Positions 21,076-31,483 of a DNA stretch of 64,000 nt are shown piece after piece; positions within the stretch are counted from its first letter, which is position 1; the number at the start of each line of letters is the position of its first letter. The DNA lies in assembly GCA_900617105.1 (NCBI GenBank), contig UYFQ01000001.1, positions 4,960,001 through 5,024,000 of the forward strand, written 5' to 3'. Below the pieces are notes generated by a model. It searched no databases. It saw only the letters and a program-made list of their open reading frames with translations, and was not told the origin of the DNA. The position numbers and the translations under genes were made by a program. The DNA is from Hydrurus foetidus (Eukaryota).

Positions 21076-22023
21076 TCAGACCGTCATGGCGGCTTGACTA
21101 GTTAATTGCCGATAGTAATTTTCTTTTGCTTCGGCAGGTGGAATGTATCCGATAGGCTCCAGCAGTCGGTGATGGTTAAACCAGGACACCCATTCAAGCG
21201 TGGCTAGCTCCAGTGATTCCTTGGTTTTCCAAGGCGCCCGGCGGTGAATCAACTCTGCCTTGTACAAGCCGTTGATCGTCTCGGCCAATGCGTTGTCATA
21301 GCTGTCGCCTTTGCTGCCCACTGAAGGCTCAATGCCAGCTTCTGCCAGACGCTCGCTGTACCGGATGGACACGTACTGCGATCCCCTGTCGCTGTGGTGA
21401 ATCAAGGCATCGCAACGTTCGGGTTGCCGGTCATACAAGGCTTGCTCCAATGCATCCAGCACAAAGTCTGTTCGCATCGAGCTGCTTTGCCGCCAGCCTA
21501 CAATTCGGCAAACGTAGACGTCAATCACAAAGGCCACGTACTGCCAGCCCTGCCAGGTAGACACGTACGTGAAGTCCGACACCCACAACTGGTTGGGCCG
21601 ATCCGCCTTGAATTGCCGATTAACCCGATCCAGTGGGCGGGCAGCGGTCATATCGCCAATGGTCGTGCGCACCACCTTGCCACGGCGCACACCGCGCAAG
21701 CCCAAGCTTTGCATCAACCGCTCGACCGTGCAGCGTGCTACCGCCATGCCGTCCCGGTTCATCTGTTTGCAGACCTTATCGGCGCCGTAGACCCGCATAT
21801 TGGCCTGCCAGACTCTCTGGATCGCTGGCTTGAGGATGTCGTCCGTCTTGGCGCGTGCACAGCGCAAATCCGGGTTGCGCTGCTGGGCGGCATGGCGCCG
21901 GTAGCCTGACGGGGCAATCTGCAAGACCTTGCAAATTGGCTCGACCCCGTGGGCATCGCGATGCTGATCAATGAAGTCCCTCAGGACTTGAGCCGGCGGT
22001 CGAGCTCCGCCGATGCAAAAAAA
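21076..22023 (-). CDS. IS3 OrfB DDE transposase (probably fused to OrfA by -1 frameshift)
   Basis: [23 protein letters not shown]7 run at 22017-22023 followed by hairpin CGGCGG-N7-CCGCCG. Confidence 0.9.
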   Translation of the reverse strand, partial: FFCIGGARPPAQVLRDFIDQHRDAHGVEPICKVLQIAPSGYRRHAAQQRNPDLRCARAKTDDILKPAIQRVWQANMRVYGADKVCKQMNRDGMAVARCTVERLMQSLGLRGVRRGKVVRTTIGDMTAARPLDRVNRQFKADRPNQLWVSDFTYVSTWQGWQYVAFVIDVYVCRIVGWRQSSSMRTDFVLDALEQALYDRQPERCDALIHHSDRGSQYVSIRYSERLAEAGIEPSVGSKGDSYDNALAETINGLYKAELIHRRAPWKTKESLELATLEWVSWFNHHRLLEPIGYIPPAEAKENYYRQLTSQAAMTV

Positions 22024-22304
22024 GCACTCGCCAGCTTGAGGATCTCGTTGGCCCGGCGCAGCTCCTTGACCTCGCGCTCCAACTCCTTGACACGCTGCGC
22101 CTGTGCGGTAGTAACGCCGTCGCGCACGCCGGTATCGACCTCTACGCGTTTGACCCATTCATTTAGCGTCTGCGGCACGCAACCAATCTTTGGGGCGATC
22201 GATTCAATGGCCGCCCACAGCGAAGGGTAGTCGCTTCGGTGCTCGTGCACCATGCGCACTGCGCGCTCCCGAACCTCGGGTGAAAACTTGTTTGATTTCT
22301 TCAT
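21981..22304 (-). CDS. IS3 OrfA (HTH)
   Basis: [19 protein letters not shown] ... [16 protein letters not shown]. Confidence 0.92.
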   Translation of the reverse strand: MKKSNKFSPEVRERAVRMVHEHRSDYPSLWAAIESIAPKIGCVPQTLNEWVKRVEVDTGVRDGVTTAQAQRVKELEREVKELRRANEILKLASAFFASAELDRRLKS

Positions 22305-22354
22305 AGCTCAATCCTCTCAGAGATTTGAGCCTCCTCAAAATACGGGGCGATTCA

Positions 22355-23451
22355 CTTGTTGCTCACATGCAGGTCAAAGAATTTGCGACTTGAATGGGCT
22401 AAGCATCCTGCCTCTGTAATACCCAAGGCGAACGACTGCTTATAGCCAGCAAAGTCATCACAGACCAACGCGCCCTTGCAGTCCCCCAGAAAGGCGCGGG
22501 CATGTTCACCCGCGCGGCTTTCACAGAAGTCGCATACCACTGCCTTCAAATCTTCAAACGCCCCCGGGGCATGGGCCCACAGGTAAGTGCGGTGCGTTTT
22601 CTTGTTCCCGGGGTGAAGCATGGCCACCGGCGTCTCGTCGGCGTGCAGCACGGCGTGGCTGAGAATCTCGTCCTTCAAGGCATCGACCAGCGGCTGCAGT
22701 TGCACGCCGCACACGCCAACCCACTGCGCCAGGGTCGAGCGCGGTAAGGTCATACCAGCTCGTGCAAAGATGGTTTCCTGCCGATACAGCGGCAGATGGT
22801 CGGCGTACTTGGCTACCAGCACCTGGGCCAGCAGGCCGGCAGGCCGGCAGTGGCGATACCTTTGTCGATGATTTGCGCGGGCACCGGCGCTTGGGTCAAG
22901 GTTTGGCACTTGGTGCAGGCCCATTTGCCGCGGATGTGGCGCTCCACCGTGAACAACCCGGGCGTGTAGTCCAGCTTCTCGCTGACATCTTCACCAATTC
23001 GCTTTAAGGTGCAGCCGCAGCCTGGGGTGGTGCAGGCAGTGGATTCGGGTTCGTGGTGCATCTCCACGCGGGGTAGCTCAGGCGGGAGCGCTGTGCGTTT
23101 GGGCCGCTTGCGGGTCTCGGGGGTGGTCTTAGCGCTAAGTGCGAGCTGTTCGAGTTCTTCTTCAATGGCGGCGATGTCCGCATCGATGGTCTCGTCCAGC
23201 AAGCTGGCTTGCCCCGCATCGAGCTGCTCGCGGCTGCGGCCGAACTTCCAGCTTTAGAGAGCCGCCATCTCGTGCGTGAGCTGCTCGATCTTGGTCTGGC
23301 GGTACTTGAGCTCGCGGTCTTTGCTGGCGATGACCTGGTCGCATTGAGTGATTTGCTGGCTCTGATCGGCCAACTTGGTCATCAAGCCAGTGACCATTTC
23401 GCGCAGCTCCCGTGCGTTCAGATTTGTCAGGGATTCAAGGGCTAGGGCCAT
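22355..23451 (-). pseudogene. tnpC: IS66 TnpC transposase pseudogene
   Basis: KYADHLPLYRQ, LHADETP; in-frame TAA at 23254-23256; 8-bp CCGGCCTG duplication frameshift near 22840; 3' truncation. Confidence 0.88.
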
Positions 23452-23532
23452 GCATAGTAGTGTGCCTGCGCTGCACGTTGGTGCCTATCGGCGCATGCCC
23501 CAATAGACACTGGAGCACGCTCAAATGCAAGA

Positions 23533-23873
23533 TCAAACCAGCGTAATTATTCCGCCCTCGCCAATGCGCGCCCAGGGCAGGCCGAGCCAGCAAGCAAGCA
23601 ATCAAGCTGGGCGCGGCTCAAACTCATCTGCGCTGCTGCGCCAGGAGCAGGCCAGACGAGATGACCCTGATGCAGACGCCTGGCCGCCAGCCAGATGCCA
23701 ATTCCGTCATGCACCAACCCCTTCATCCGGTTGGCCCTGCGGTTGGCAAACAGGCAAGCCTGATGAGGGTGAGCAGCGCCGAAGACCTTGACGACGCGGG
23801 CCAGTGCCGTATCGGTGCCGGCGCGCATGTCCATGGGCTCGCTGGCCAGCCAGACGGCGTCGATGCGGATCAT
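23533..23873 (-). pseudogene. IS66 accessory protein TnpB, frameshifted near the C-terminus
   Basis: MIRIDAVWLASEPMDMRAG, HDGIGIWL; TTGC repeats shift the frame before GLPWARIG. Confidence 0.8.
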
Positions 23874-24274
23874 CGCAACCACTCGCGCAGCCAGGCGGCG
23901 CAAGCGGCGCCGCCCTGCAGCGGCCACTTCACGACGATGGTGGTGTTGGCGCGGTGTACTTCCACGCGGATGTCGGCTGCCGATTGTGGCGGGGAGTCTG
24001 GCGCTGTCTCATCATGTGTGACGGGCACGAACGCGTTCGCGTTCGCGTTCGCCTGGGGGCGAGGCACCAGCGCAGACGGGGTTGGCTCGCGCAGCCAACG
24101 GTGAACGATGTTGGCGTTGATGCCGTGAGTCAGGTCCACGCCAGCTACAGACGCGCCGCTTTGCCGACACTCCCACATAACCTGGGCCTTGAGCTTCGCG
24201 CTGTAAAAACGTCGTTTGGGGCGATTGGCTATAGCTTCGCTTGCCAGGGTGTGCATGATCTTCATCGTGCACAC
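23870..24274 (-). CDS. IS66 TnpA (HTH)
   Basis: RRFYSAKLK ... HGINANIVHRW ... AAWLREWLR; ATGA overlap with tnpB. Confidence 0.8.
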   Translation of the reverse strand: MCTMKIMHTLASEAIANRPKRRFYSAKLKAQVMWECRQSGASVAGVDLTHGINANIVHRWLREPTPSALVPRPQANANANAFVPVTHDETAPDSPPQSAADIRVEVHRANTTIVVKWPLQGGAACAAWLREWLR

Positions 24275-24323
24275 TTTCTCTGGAACTCGGCGTCAACTCA
24301 AGATGTGTTGCCCGTACGCTTAC

Positions 24324-25040
24324 GTTTCTTTCCTTCTTCAAGCTGCTGAAGAAGGATTCGGCAACTGCGTTGTCCCAGCAGTTACCCCGCCGGCTCATGC
24401 TGGGCAGCAAGGCGTTGTCTTTGCACCAGCGGTTGAAGTCATCACTGGCAAACTGGCTGCCCTGGTCCGAATGAATGATCACCTCTGCCTTCGGCCTTCT
24501 GCGCCAAACAGCCATGGTCAAGGCATCAAAGACCAGCTCCGTAGCCATCGTGGGCTTCATCGACCAGCCCACCACCTTGCGGGAGTACAGGTCGATCACC
24601 ACCGCTAGGTACAGCCACCCCTCATAGGTACGGATGTAGGTGATGTCGGTGACCCAGACCTGGTCGGGCTGCCCGACCGTGAACTGGCGCTGCAGCCGGT
24701 TCGGTGCAGCCACACCAGGCTTGCCCGCCCGGTAGCGGGGCCGCTTGTAGCCACGCACTGAACGTAACTTGGCGGCCTGCATGAGTCGGGCAACGCGCTT
24801 TTTGCCGCACAGCACGCCGGCTTCCCGCAGATCTCGATGGACACGTGGGCTGCCGTAGATGCCGTCGCTGTCTTCAAACGATTGCTGTATGGCTGTAGTC
24901 AAGGTTTCATCGGCTCGAGCTCGCAGCGACTTCGGTGTGGCCTTCCAGGCGTAGTAACCGCTGCGCTGCACCCGCAGCACCCGACATATGCTCGTGAGAC
25001 GAAACCGCCCGTGGTGCTCGGCCATGAATGCGTACCTCAC
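24324..25040 (-). pseudogene. IS3 OrfB transposase, 3'-truncated
   Basis: WVTDITYI, HSDQGSQF, DNAVAESFFSSLKKE followed by IS66 sequence. Confidence 0.88.
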
Positions 25041-25318
25041 CCGGACACTCTGGCAAAGTACGCGGCGGCCTTTTTTAGAATGTCGCGCTCCTCGCTGGTG
25101 CGTTTTAGTTCAGCTTTGAGTCGGGCAATTTCACTTTTAAGCAAGGCAGCTTCACCGCTACCAGCGCCTTGCAGTTCCTTAGCTTGCCTGAACCAAAGGT
25201 AAAGGCTTTTATCCGACACCCCAAGTCGGCTGGAAACCTCCACCACGCCGTGGCCCCGTTCAATGACTTGTTTGACTGCCTCAGCCTTAAATTCGGCCGT
25301 GTAACTGACTTTCTTCAT
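25037..25318 (-). CDS. IS3 OrfA
   Basis: YTAEFKAEAVK ... EERDILKKAAAYFA. Confidence 0.9.
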   Translation of the reverse strand: MKKVSYTAEFKAEAVKQVIERGHGVVEVSSRLGVSDKSLYLWFRQAKELQGAGSGEAALLKSEIARLKAELKRTSEERDILKKAAAYFARVSG

Positions 25319-25429
25319 GACTCGCTCTCCTTTTCAATTTCGACCTTATCAGGTGTCTATTGAAACGGGTCAAGTCCACTTTGCCGTAGCTGTAGATCAG
25401 CAACAGCGGTCGAACTAGGATGCCAACCG

Positions 25430-25683
25430 CGATGCGCAAGCGAGCCGAGACACACACCCAGCGCTACGGCGCTCTGACTGCAATCCTGCGAAGCACATGC
25501 TTTCATTTGGTGTGACTCTGCAAGGGCGGTATTCCGCCTTTGCGGCAGACTGGCACAACCAACCTCCTGAACTGGCGAAAGTGACGATGTGGCTCTTTTT
25601 AACAAAGGCACGACTTAAAAAGGGCCGCATGGTCACGCTGCTTGCTACCGGGCCGCCAGCACGATGCGCAAGCGAGCCGAGAC
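25430..25683 (+). repeat. 22-bp exact direct repeat pair (25430-25451 and 25662-25683)
   Basis: CGATGCGCAAGCGAGCCGAGAC twice, each followed 32-35 nt later by TGCGAAGCAC. Confidence 0.8.
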
Positions 25684-25984
25684 CATATCTGCGCAACAGC
25701 GCACCAACTAACGCTTGCGAAGCACTGGCGATGTAACTCCCCTACACCTGTGCGGGGCGCAGCAACGCCGCGCGCACCGATTGACACAACAGCGCTGGCA
25801 GAACGGAAGCGGTGATGCTGGGTAGGCTGGTTCACAGCGCGCAGCGCAGCTCAATCAGAAAACAGGCTGCCCGGCATGACCGCGCTGGTGGTGGTCACAG
25901 ACACGCATCGCGCGTCAAAGGTTTGTCGCTATTTACTGCCACTGCGATCACTATTCAAGCGAATGCACAGCAGTTTTATAGATA

Positions 25985-26038
25985 GAATTGGCCTCTAGCC
26001 CTTATAAATCGGGCGCAAGCAGCTATTAAAAACATAGC
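25985..26038 (-). repeat. ~54-bp repeat, copy 8
   Basis: Plus strand GGCCTCTAGCCCTTATAAATCGGGCGCAAGCAGCTATTAAAAACATAGC. Confidence 0.87.
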
Positions 26039-26143
26039 GACTAAAAAGCATGAACTTCAGATGAAACGGCATTGTTATGCAGCCACCAAGTCCAATCCCG
26101 CCAACAAAGGCTGGGAGTTAGATCATTCGCAGCTTTCCCCGCA

Positions 26144-26228
26144 GTTGGGACAACGGTTGGGACAATGAATGATTCTGAAGCCGCCAAGAAGAAAGGACTT
26201 AGCCCGTTTAAAAGCTAAGTCCTTGATT
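26144..26228. other. att-like region at the tRNA-Pro 3' end (tandem 10-mers, hairpin, IHF site)
   Basis: GTTGGGACAA-CG-GTTGGGACAA; AAGGACTTAGC-N10-GCTAAGTCCTT; minus strand AATCAAGGACTTA matches WATCAANNNNTTR. Confidence 0.55.
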
Positions 26229-26232
26229 CATA

Positions 26233-26309
26233 TGGTCGGTGTGAAAGGATTCGAACCTTCGACCCCTTGCACCCCATGCAAGTGCGCTACCAGGCTGCGC
26301 CACACACCG
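26233..26309 (-). tRNA. tRNA-Pro(GGG)
   Basis: CGGTGTGTGGCGCAGCCTGGTAGCGCA-CTTGC-ATGGGGT-GCAAG-GGGTCGAAGGTTCGAATCCTTTCACACCGACCA, 77 nt with encoded CCA. Confidence 0.97.
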
Positions 26310-26413
26310 AAACTGCCTTCAGTATAACTTGGTATAACCTGCCAACATCGCAAAATTTGCGGGTACGCAGCGCCGGCTGCAAGACCCTTAACGGGCAACC
26401 TGGTGCGTATTTT

Positions 26414-26899
26414 TTAGCGGGTATTGGTCAGCAAATCCCGAATTTCGAACAGCTCACGGCGAACCAGCTGCAAACGCTGCTGGGCTGCGCTGCCAGCCGG
26501 CAAGTCGTGGCCGTCTGCAGTCAACTCGCTGTCTTCAAAATCACCAGAATCGACGAAATCGCCCAGGCCAGATTCCGGGCTTTCGATGACTTCAATGCCG
26601 TCTAGCAACACTTCGCCATTGCGGCGCTTGTCGCCCTCGTGCTGAACAATTTCATGCAATTTGTTACGTGCGCCGCTTATTGTGAAGCCCTGGTCGTACA
26701 ACAAATCCCGAATTCGCCGGATCATCAACACTTCATGGTGCTGGTAATAGCGCCGGTTGCCACGCCTTTTCATGGGGCGCAGCTGCGTGAACTCCTGCTC
26801 CCAATATCGAAGCACGTGAGGTTTGACCCCGCACAACTCGCTGACCTCACCGATGGTGAAGTATCGCTTTGCCGGGATAGGTGGAAGGAAATTCTCCAA
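26414..26899 (-). CDS. MerR-family transcriptional regulator (ihfA-associated)
   Basis: KRYFTIGEVSELCGVKPHVLRYWEQEF; TTG start. Confidence 0.92.
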   Translation of the reverse strand: MENFLPPIPAKRYFTIGEVSELCGVKPHVLRYWEQEFTQLRPMKRRGNRRYYQHHEVLMIRRIRDLLYDQGFTISGARNKLHEIVQHEGDKRRNGEVLLDGIEVIESPESGLGDFVDSGDFEDSELTADGHDLPAGSAAQQRLQLVRRELFEIRDLLTNTR

Positions 26900-27062
26900 T
26901 TAAATCAATACCCTGTAGAGGAAAGCTCCAAATCTACTCTAAGTTCAAACTTAGCGCAAAGGGTATCTTTAAAATGTGGAAATGTGTTGTGCGCTTACAC
27001 TTTTTGATGTGTCAGAAATTCACCCGAGTTGCCACGCACAAAAACGTTTTAGTTGTTACAAA

Positions 27063-27389
27063 CTACCTTGCCGGGCTGTTTGCCTGTATCTGCTCTTTGA
27101 GCTTGTGGCTGGCGTGAAACGTAACAACCCGTCTTGCTTTGATGGGAATAGCCTCACCGGTTCGTGGGTTTCGGCCGGGCCGCGGTGCTTTAGTGCGGAT
27201 TTGGAAATTACCGAACCCAGAGATTTTGACGTCGTTGCCATTGACCAGATCGTCAGCGATCAGGTCAAAAAAGGCGTCAATCATGTCTTTTGACTCGCGC
27301 TTGTTCAGGCCAATCTGTTCAAACAAAAGCTCCGCCAGGTGCGCTTTGGTCAATGCTGGGGTTTCCAGGCTCTCGATTGAAAAATCCAT
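27063..27389 (-). CDS. ihfA: Integration host factor alpha
   Basis: [24 protein letters not shown]; follows pheT. Confidence 0.97.
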   Translation of the reverse strand: MDFSIESLETPALTKAHLAELLFEQIGLNKRESKDMIDAFFDLIADDLVNGNDVKISGFGNFQIRTKAPRPGRNPRTGEAIPIKARRVVTFHASHKLKEQIQANSPAR

Positions 27390-27425
27390 AGTCGCTCAGC
27401 AATAACAAGTACTTGGGGGTGACGT

Positions 27426-29852
27426 TCAGGCCCGAAGGCGAGCCTGCAATTGATTTTGTAGCTTCGATAAAACAGATTGGACCGCCGCCTCGATGGCCTC
27501 TTCGGTCAGTGTAGCGGCGCCACTGGTCAGCACCAGCCGCACAGCTAAACTTTTTTCGCCAAGGCTCATGGCACTGCTGCCCGGCTGGGGGCGATACACA
27601 TCGAACAGCACTGCTTTACTCAGCAAACCGTTGGTGTCAGCGCCGTAAATTGAGGCCATCAACGCCGAGTGCGTCACCGCTTCAGGGACGATGACCGCAA
27701 TGTCGCGCTCGACAGGTTGTAGTTTGCTGACCGCCTCAAACACCGGCACCGGCCGCTGCAGTACCGCATCAAGGTCCAGCTCGAACAACAGCGGGGCTTG
27801 GGCCAGCTCGTAGCCTTGCCGCCATTTGGGGTGCAGCTCGCCAATAAAGCCAATAGCTTTGCCGCCTACCGACACGCTGGCGCAGCGCCCGGGGTGCATG
27901 GCGGGGTGTTCAGCCGGCAGGAAGGTGGCTTGCAGCGGCGCCAGCAACGCTTCGACATCGCCTTTAATGTCAAAAAAGTCGGCAGATTTAGCAGGCTGAT
28001 CCCAGATTACCTCTGCACGCGGACCGTAGGCCAAGCCCGCGATGCGCATCGGCTGATCGAACCCTGCCACGGTGGTATCGGTATTTTGACTGTTTAAGTC
28101 ACGCAAAAACACGCGGCCCACCTCAAACACATTGATGCGCGAAGCCTTGCGGTCAAGATTGAATTTCAACACTTGCAGCAGACTTCCCAGCAACGACGAG
28201 CGCATCACGCTCATTTGGCTGGAAATTGGGTTGAGCAATTTAATCGGGTTGGGGTTACCAGAAAGCTCATGCTCCCAACGCTCTTCAACAAAACTGAAGT
28301 TGATGGTTTCCTGATAGCCCAGTGACGCGAGCGCACGGCGAACCGCAAAAGCGCTGCGCTGCGCCTCCGGCCTGAGCGTGGCCGTGATAGGCGCCAGCGG
28401 CGGTGTGTTGGGCAGCGTGTCGTAGCCCACCATTCGCACCACTTCCTCGATCAAATCTTCTTCAATTTGAAGGTCAAAACGGTAACTGGGGGGCGCAACC
28501 GTCAAGGTGCCATTACCTTCTGCTACCGGCAGACCCAAGCGCTGCAGCGCATCCAGGCATTGCGCTTGGGTCAATGGCATACCAATGACTTTGCTGGCTC
28601 TGGATACACGCAAAGTTACCGGCAAGGCGAGTGGCATGTTGACCCGCGCATCGTCTACCGGGCCGCAGGCGGTAGCTGGCGTGCCGCAAATATCAATAAT
28701 CAGCTGGGTAATGCGCTCGACATGCTCAACAGTGGTTCCGGGGTCAACGCCGCGTTCAAAGCGGTGGCCTGCGTCGGTTGAAAAGTTATAGCGGCGTGAA
28801 CGGCCAGCGATCGCTTTGGGCCACCAAAACGCCGCTTCCAGGTACACGTTTTTAGTGTCATCGCTCACAGCTGTCGCGTCGCCGCCCATGATGCCGGCCA
28901 ACGATTCAACTTGGGAAATATCTGCAATCACGCCGACTTTTTCGTCAACTGTGACGGTGCTGCCGTTTAAAAGCTTGAGCGTCTCACCCGACTTGCCCCA
29001 GCGCACGTCCAGCCCGCCATGAATTTTGTCGAGGTCAAAAATATGAGATGGCGTGCCCAATTCAAACATGACGTAGTTTGAAATGTCGACCAGCGCAGTC
29101 ACGCTACGTTGGCCACAACGCGCGAGTTTGTCGACCATCCACTGCGGCGTTTTGGCTTGCGGGTTGACGTTTCTAATCACGCGGCCAGAAAATCGACCGC
29201 ACAAGTCTGGTGCGCTGATTTTCACTGGCAAATGGGCGGGGTCGGTTGCCGCTACTGCCGGGAACGCAAGCGTTTTGAGCGGGATACCAGTTAATGCAGC
29301 CACTTCACGCGCCACACCATAAACACTTAGGCAATGGGCCAGATTCGGCGTGAGTTTGAGCGTGAACAAAGTGTCGTCCAGGCTTAAATACTCGCGAATG
29401 TCTTGACCCAGCCGCGCATCGGCGGCGAGTTCAAGCAAGCCGCCGTGGTCGTCAGACAATTTAAGCTCGCGAGCCGAGCACAACATGCCCTGGCTTTCAA
29501 CGCCGCGCAGCTGGCCGACTTTGATCAAAAATGGTTTGCCGTCTTCACCGGGTGGCAGCTCTGCGCCCACCATTGCGCAGGGCACTTTGATGCCAACCCG
29601 GGCATTCGGCGCGCCGCAAACGATGCTGAGCAAAGCGCCCTGCCCCACGTCAACTTCGCAAACTTGAAGTTTGTCGGCGTTCGGGTGCTTGGCGGCAGAC
29701 TTGATTTCACCCACCACGATTTTGGTGAACGGTGGCGCTACCGGTTTGAGTTCTTCCACTTCCAGCCCAGCCATCGTCAAGGTGTCGGCTAATTGCTGAG
29801 TTGTCAGTGGCGGGTTGCAAAATTCGCGCAACCAGGATTCTGGAAATTGCAT
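27426..29852 (-). CDS. pheT: Phenylalanyl-tRNA synthetase beta subunit
   Basis: HPNADKL, VCGAPN, RFERGVD, KSLA. Confidence 0.98.
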   Translation of the reverse strand: MQFPESWLREFCNPPLTTQQLADTLTMAGLEVEELKPVAPPFTKIVVGEIKSAAKHPNADKLQVCEVDVGQGALLSIVCGAPNARVGIKVPCAMVGAELPPGEDGKPFLIKVGQLRGVESQGMLCSARELKLSDDHGGLLELAADARLGQDIREYLSLDDTLFTLKLTPNLAHCLSVYGVAREVAALTGIPLKTLAFPAVAATDPAHLPVKISAPDLCGRFSGRVIRNVNPQAKTPQWMVDKLARCGQRSVTALVDISNYVMFELGTPSHIFDLDKIHGGLDVRWGKSGETLKLLNGSTVTVDEKVGVIADISQVESLAGIMGGDATAVSDDTKNVYLEAAFWWPKAIAGRSRRYNFSTDAGHRFERGVDPGTTVEHVERITQLIIDICGTPATACGPVDDARVNMPLALPVTLRVSRASKVIGMPLTQAQCLDALQRLGLPVAEGNGTLTVAPPSYRFDLQIEEDLIEEVVRMVGYDTLPNTPPLAPITATLRPEAQRSAFAVRRALASLGYQETINFSFVEERWEHELSGNPNPIKLLNPISSQMSVMRSSLLGSLLQVLKFNLDRKASRINVFEVGRVFLRDLNSQNTDTTVAGFDQPMRIAGLAYGPRAEVIWDQPAKSADFFDIKGDVEALLAPLQATFLPAEHPAMHPGRCASVSVGGKAIGFIGELHPKWRQGYELAQAPLLFELDLDAVLQRPVPVFEAVSKLQPVERDIAVIVPEAVTHSALMASIYGADTNGLLSKAVLFDVYRPQPGSSAMSLGEKSLAVRLVLTSGAATLTEEAIEAAVQSVLSKLQNQLQARLRA

Positions 29853-29870
29853 ATTCGTCCTCGTGAATGT

Positions 29871-30950
29871 TTAGTTTTGAAATTGCGATAAAAAGCGAAT
29901 ATCGCCATCAAAAAACAAGCGCAAATCATTCACGCCATAACGCAGCATGGTCAGCCGGTCTGGCCCCATGCCAAAGGCAAAGCCAATGTATTTCTCATGG
30001 TCCAGGCCCATATTGCGCACCACGTTTGGGTGCACCTGGCCAGAGCCTGCGACCTCCAGCCACTTTCCGGCAAGCGGGCCAGTCTGAAACTGAATATCGA
30101 TTTCGGCGCTCGGCTCGGTAAACGGAAAGAAACTTGGCCTGAAGCGGAGTACCAGGTCATCACTTTCAAAAAACGCGCGGCAAAAATCGGTGAATACAAA
30201 CTTCAAGTCTTTAAAGCTCACGTTCTCGCCAACCCACAGGCCTTCGCATTGGTGGAACATGGGCGAATGCGTGGCGTCGCTGTCAACGCGGTAAGTGCGG
30301 CCCGGTGCAATCACGCGAATCTCGGGCATCGAGCCTGTAAAGGCTCCCTTGTTGTTCTCGCCCGCATCAATCAGTGCACGGTGTTTTTTAACGTGTTGCA
30401 CCGCATAGCGAATTTGCATCGGGCTGGTGTGGGTGCGTAGCAGGTTAGGCGCTGCCTCTGTTCCACCTTCGACGTAAAACGTGTCGTGCATCGACCTTGC
30501 AGGGTGGTCTTCAGGCGTGTTGAGCGCGGTGAAGTTAAACCAGTCGGTTTCAATCTCCGGGCCCTGCGCCACATTAAAACCCATCGAGCTAAAAATGCCT
30601 TCAATCCGCTCGAGCGTCAGTGACACCGGGTGCAAACCGCCCTGTGGGCGTTGACGGCCCGGCAAGCTGACATCCAGCGCTTCAGCTTTTAGCTGCTTTT
30701 CAAGCTCTGCATCACTAAGGGCCTGACGGCGCGCATTCAAAGCGGCCTCGATGGCCTGTTTGCACAAATTGACCGCGGCGCCGCGCGACTTTTTCTCGTC
30801 AACGCTCAATGCAGCCATGCCCTTCATGAGCTCAGTGACCCGGCCGGCTTTGCCCAAAAACAGCGCCTTGGCGTTTTCAAGATCGGCTGGGGTAACGCTG
30901 GCCGCAAATGCGCTTTGGGCGTCAAGGACGAGGGTATCCAGATCAGTCAT
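29871..30950 (-). CDS. pheS: Phenylalanyl-tRNA synthetase alpha subunit
   Basis: [30 protein letters not shown]. Confidence 0.98.
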   Translation of the reverse strand: MTDLDTLVLDAQSAFAASVTPADLENAKALFLGKAGRVTELMKGMAALSVDEKKSRGAAVNLCKQAIEAALNARRQALSDAELEKQLKAEALDVSLPGRQRPQGGLHPVSLTLERIEGIFSSMGFNVAQGPEIETDWFNFTALNTPEDHPARSMHDTFYVEGGTEAAPNLLRTHTSPMQIRYAVQHVKKHRALIDAGENNKGAFTGSMPEIRVIAPGRTYRVDSDATHSPMFHQCEGLWVGENVSFKDLKFVFTDFCRAFFESDDLVLRFRPSFFPFTEPSAEIDIQFQTGPLAGKWLEVAGSGQVHPNVVRNMGLDHEKYIGFAFGMGPDRLTMLRYGVNDLRLFFDGDIRFLSQFQN

Positions 30951-31008
30951 TCGGGCGAATCCGTTTAATCACAACAAGCACAACAAGAAACAAGAAAAAA
31001 CAACAAGC

Positions 31009-31052
31009 AAAATAAAAGGGTTAGAGCTTTTACAAGCTCTAACCCCTTATTT
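31009..31052 (-). terminator. Intrinsic terminator after rplT
   Basis: Minus strand GGGTTAGAGCTT-GTAA-AAGCTCTAACCC-TTTTATTTT. Confidence 0.8.
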
Positions 31053-31082
31053 ATGGGCGCAAGCAGCTACTAAATTAGCAGC
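31029..31082 (-). repeat. ~54-bp repeat, copy 9 (supplies one terminator arm)
   Basis: Minus strand GCTGCTAATTTAGTAGCTGCTTGCGCCCATAAATAAGGGGTTAGAGC. Confidence 0.8.
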
Positions 31083-31097
31083 AACTCGCACTTGCAA

Positions 31098-31457
31098 TCA
31101 GGCTGCCAGCTTGGCCTTGACTTGGTCAACGATGGCGCCAAAAGCGGCGCTGTCGTGAATCGCCATATCGGACAGGACTTTACGGTCAATCTCGATACCG
31201 GCTTTACGCAGGCCATTGGCAAACTGGCTGTAGGTCAAACCGCAAGCGCGGCTCGCGGCGTTAATACGCGTGATCCACAGGCGACGGAACACACGTTTTT
31301 TCGTACGGCGGTCACGGTAGGCATACTGCCCAGCCTTCATTACCGCTTCTTTGGCGATACGGAAAACATTACCGCGGCGACCGCGGAAACCTTTTGCAAG
31401 GGCTAAAACTTTTTTGTGGCGGGCGCGAGCCGTTACACCACGTTTGACGCGAGGCAT
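31098..31457 (-). CDS. rplT: 50S ribosomal protein L20
   Basis: [16 protein letters not shown]. Confidence 0.99.
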   Translation of the reverse strand: MPRVKRGVTARARHKKVLALAKGFRGRRGNVFRIAKEAVMKAGQYAYRDRRTKKRVFRRLWITRINAASRACGLTYSQFANGLRKAGIEIDRKVLSDMAIHDSAAFGAIVDQVKAKLAA

Positions 31458-31483
31458 GTGATTACTCCTTGTTCGTCGTTAAA

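Larger units (their letters stand above)
21037..22354 (-). mobile_element. IS3-family element (IS51/IS401-like), apparently intact
   Basis: Terminal IRs TGAATCGCCCCG and CGGGGCGATTCA; 1318 bp; orfA plus orfB; no flanking target duplication (GTC vs CTT). Confidence 0.93.
22355..24323 (-). mobile_element. IS66-family element, degenerate and truncated
   Basis: Left end GTAAGCGT at 24323; tnpA-tnpB-tnpC order; right end missing. Confidence 0.9.
24324..25378 (-). mobile_element. Second IS3-family element, interrupted by IS66
   Basis: Left IR TGGACTTGACCCGTTTCAATAGACACC at 25378; AAAAAAG slippery site at 25070-25076; OrfB cut after SLKKER. Confidence 0.9.

Noticed and set aside
23533..23873. TnpB as an RNA-guided nuclease
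   Set aside because: This is the small IS66 accessory TnpB, unrelated to IS200/IS605 RuvC TnpB.
24012..24323. C-terminal extension of the 342-aa IS3 OrfB as a novel fusion domain
   Set aside because: It is read-through into the inserted IS66 end and an alternative frame of tnpA.
25430..25725. Possible mini-CRISPR array
   Set aside because: Only two 22-bp units 232 bp apart, no regular spacer period and no cas genes.
30960..31010. pheM-like Phe leader peptide or a functional CAACAAG repeat upstream of pheS
   Set aside because: No ATG-initiated Phe-rich ORF before the terminator; the tract is low-complexity U-rich sequence after it.
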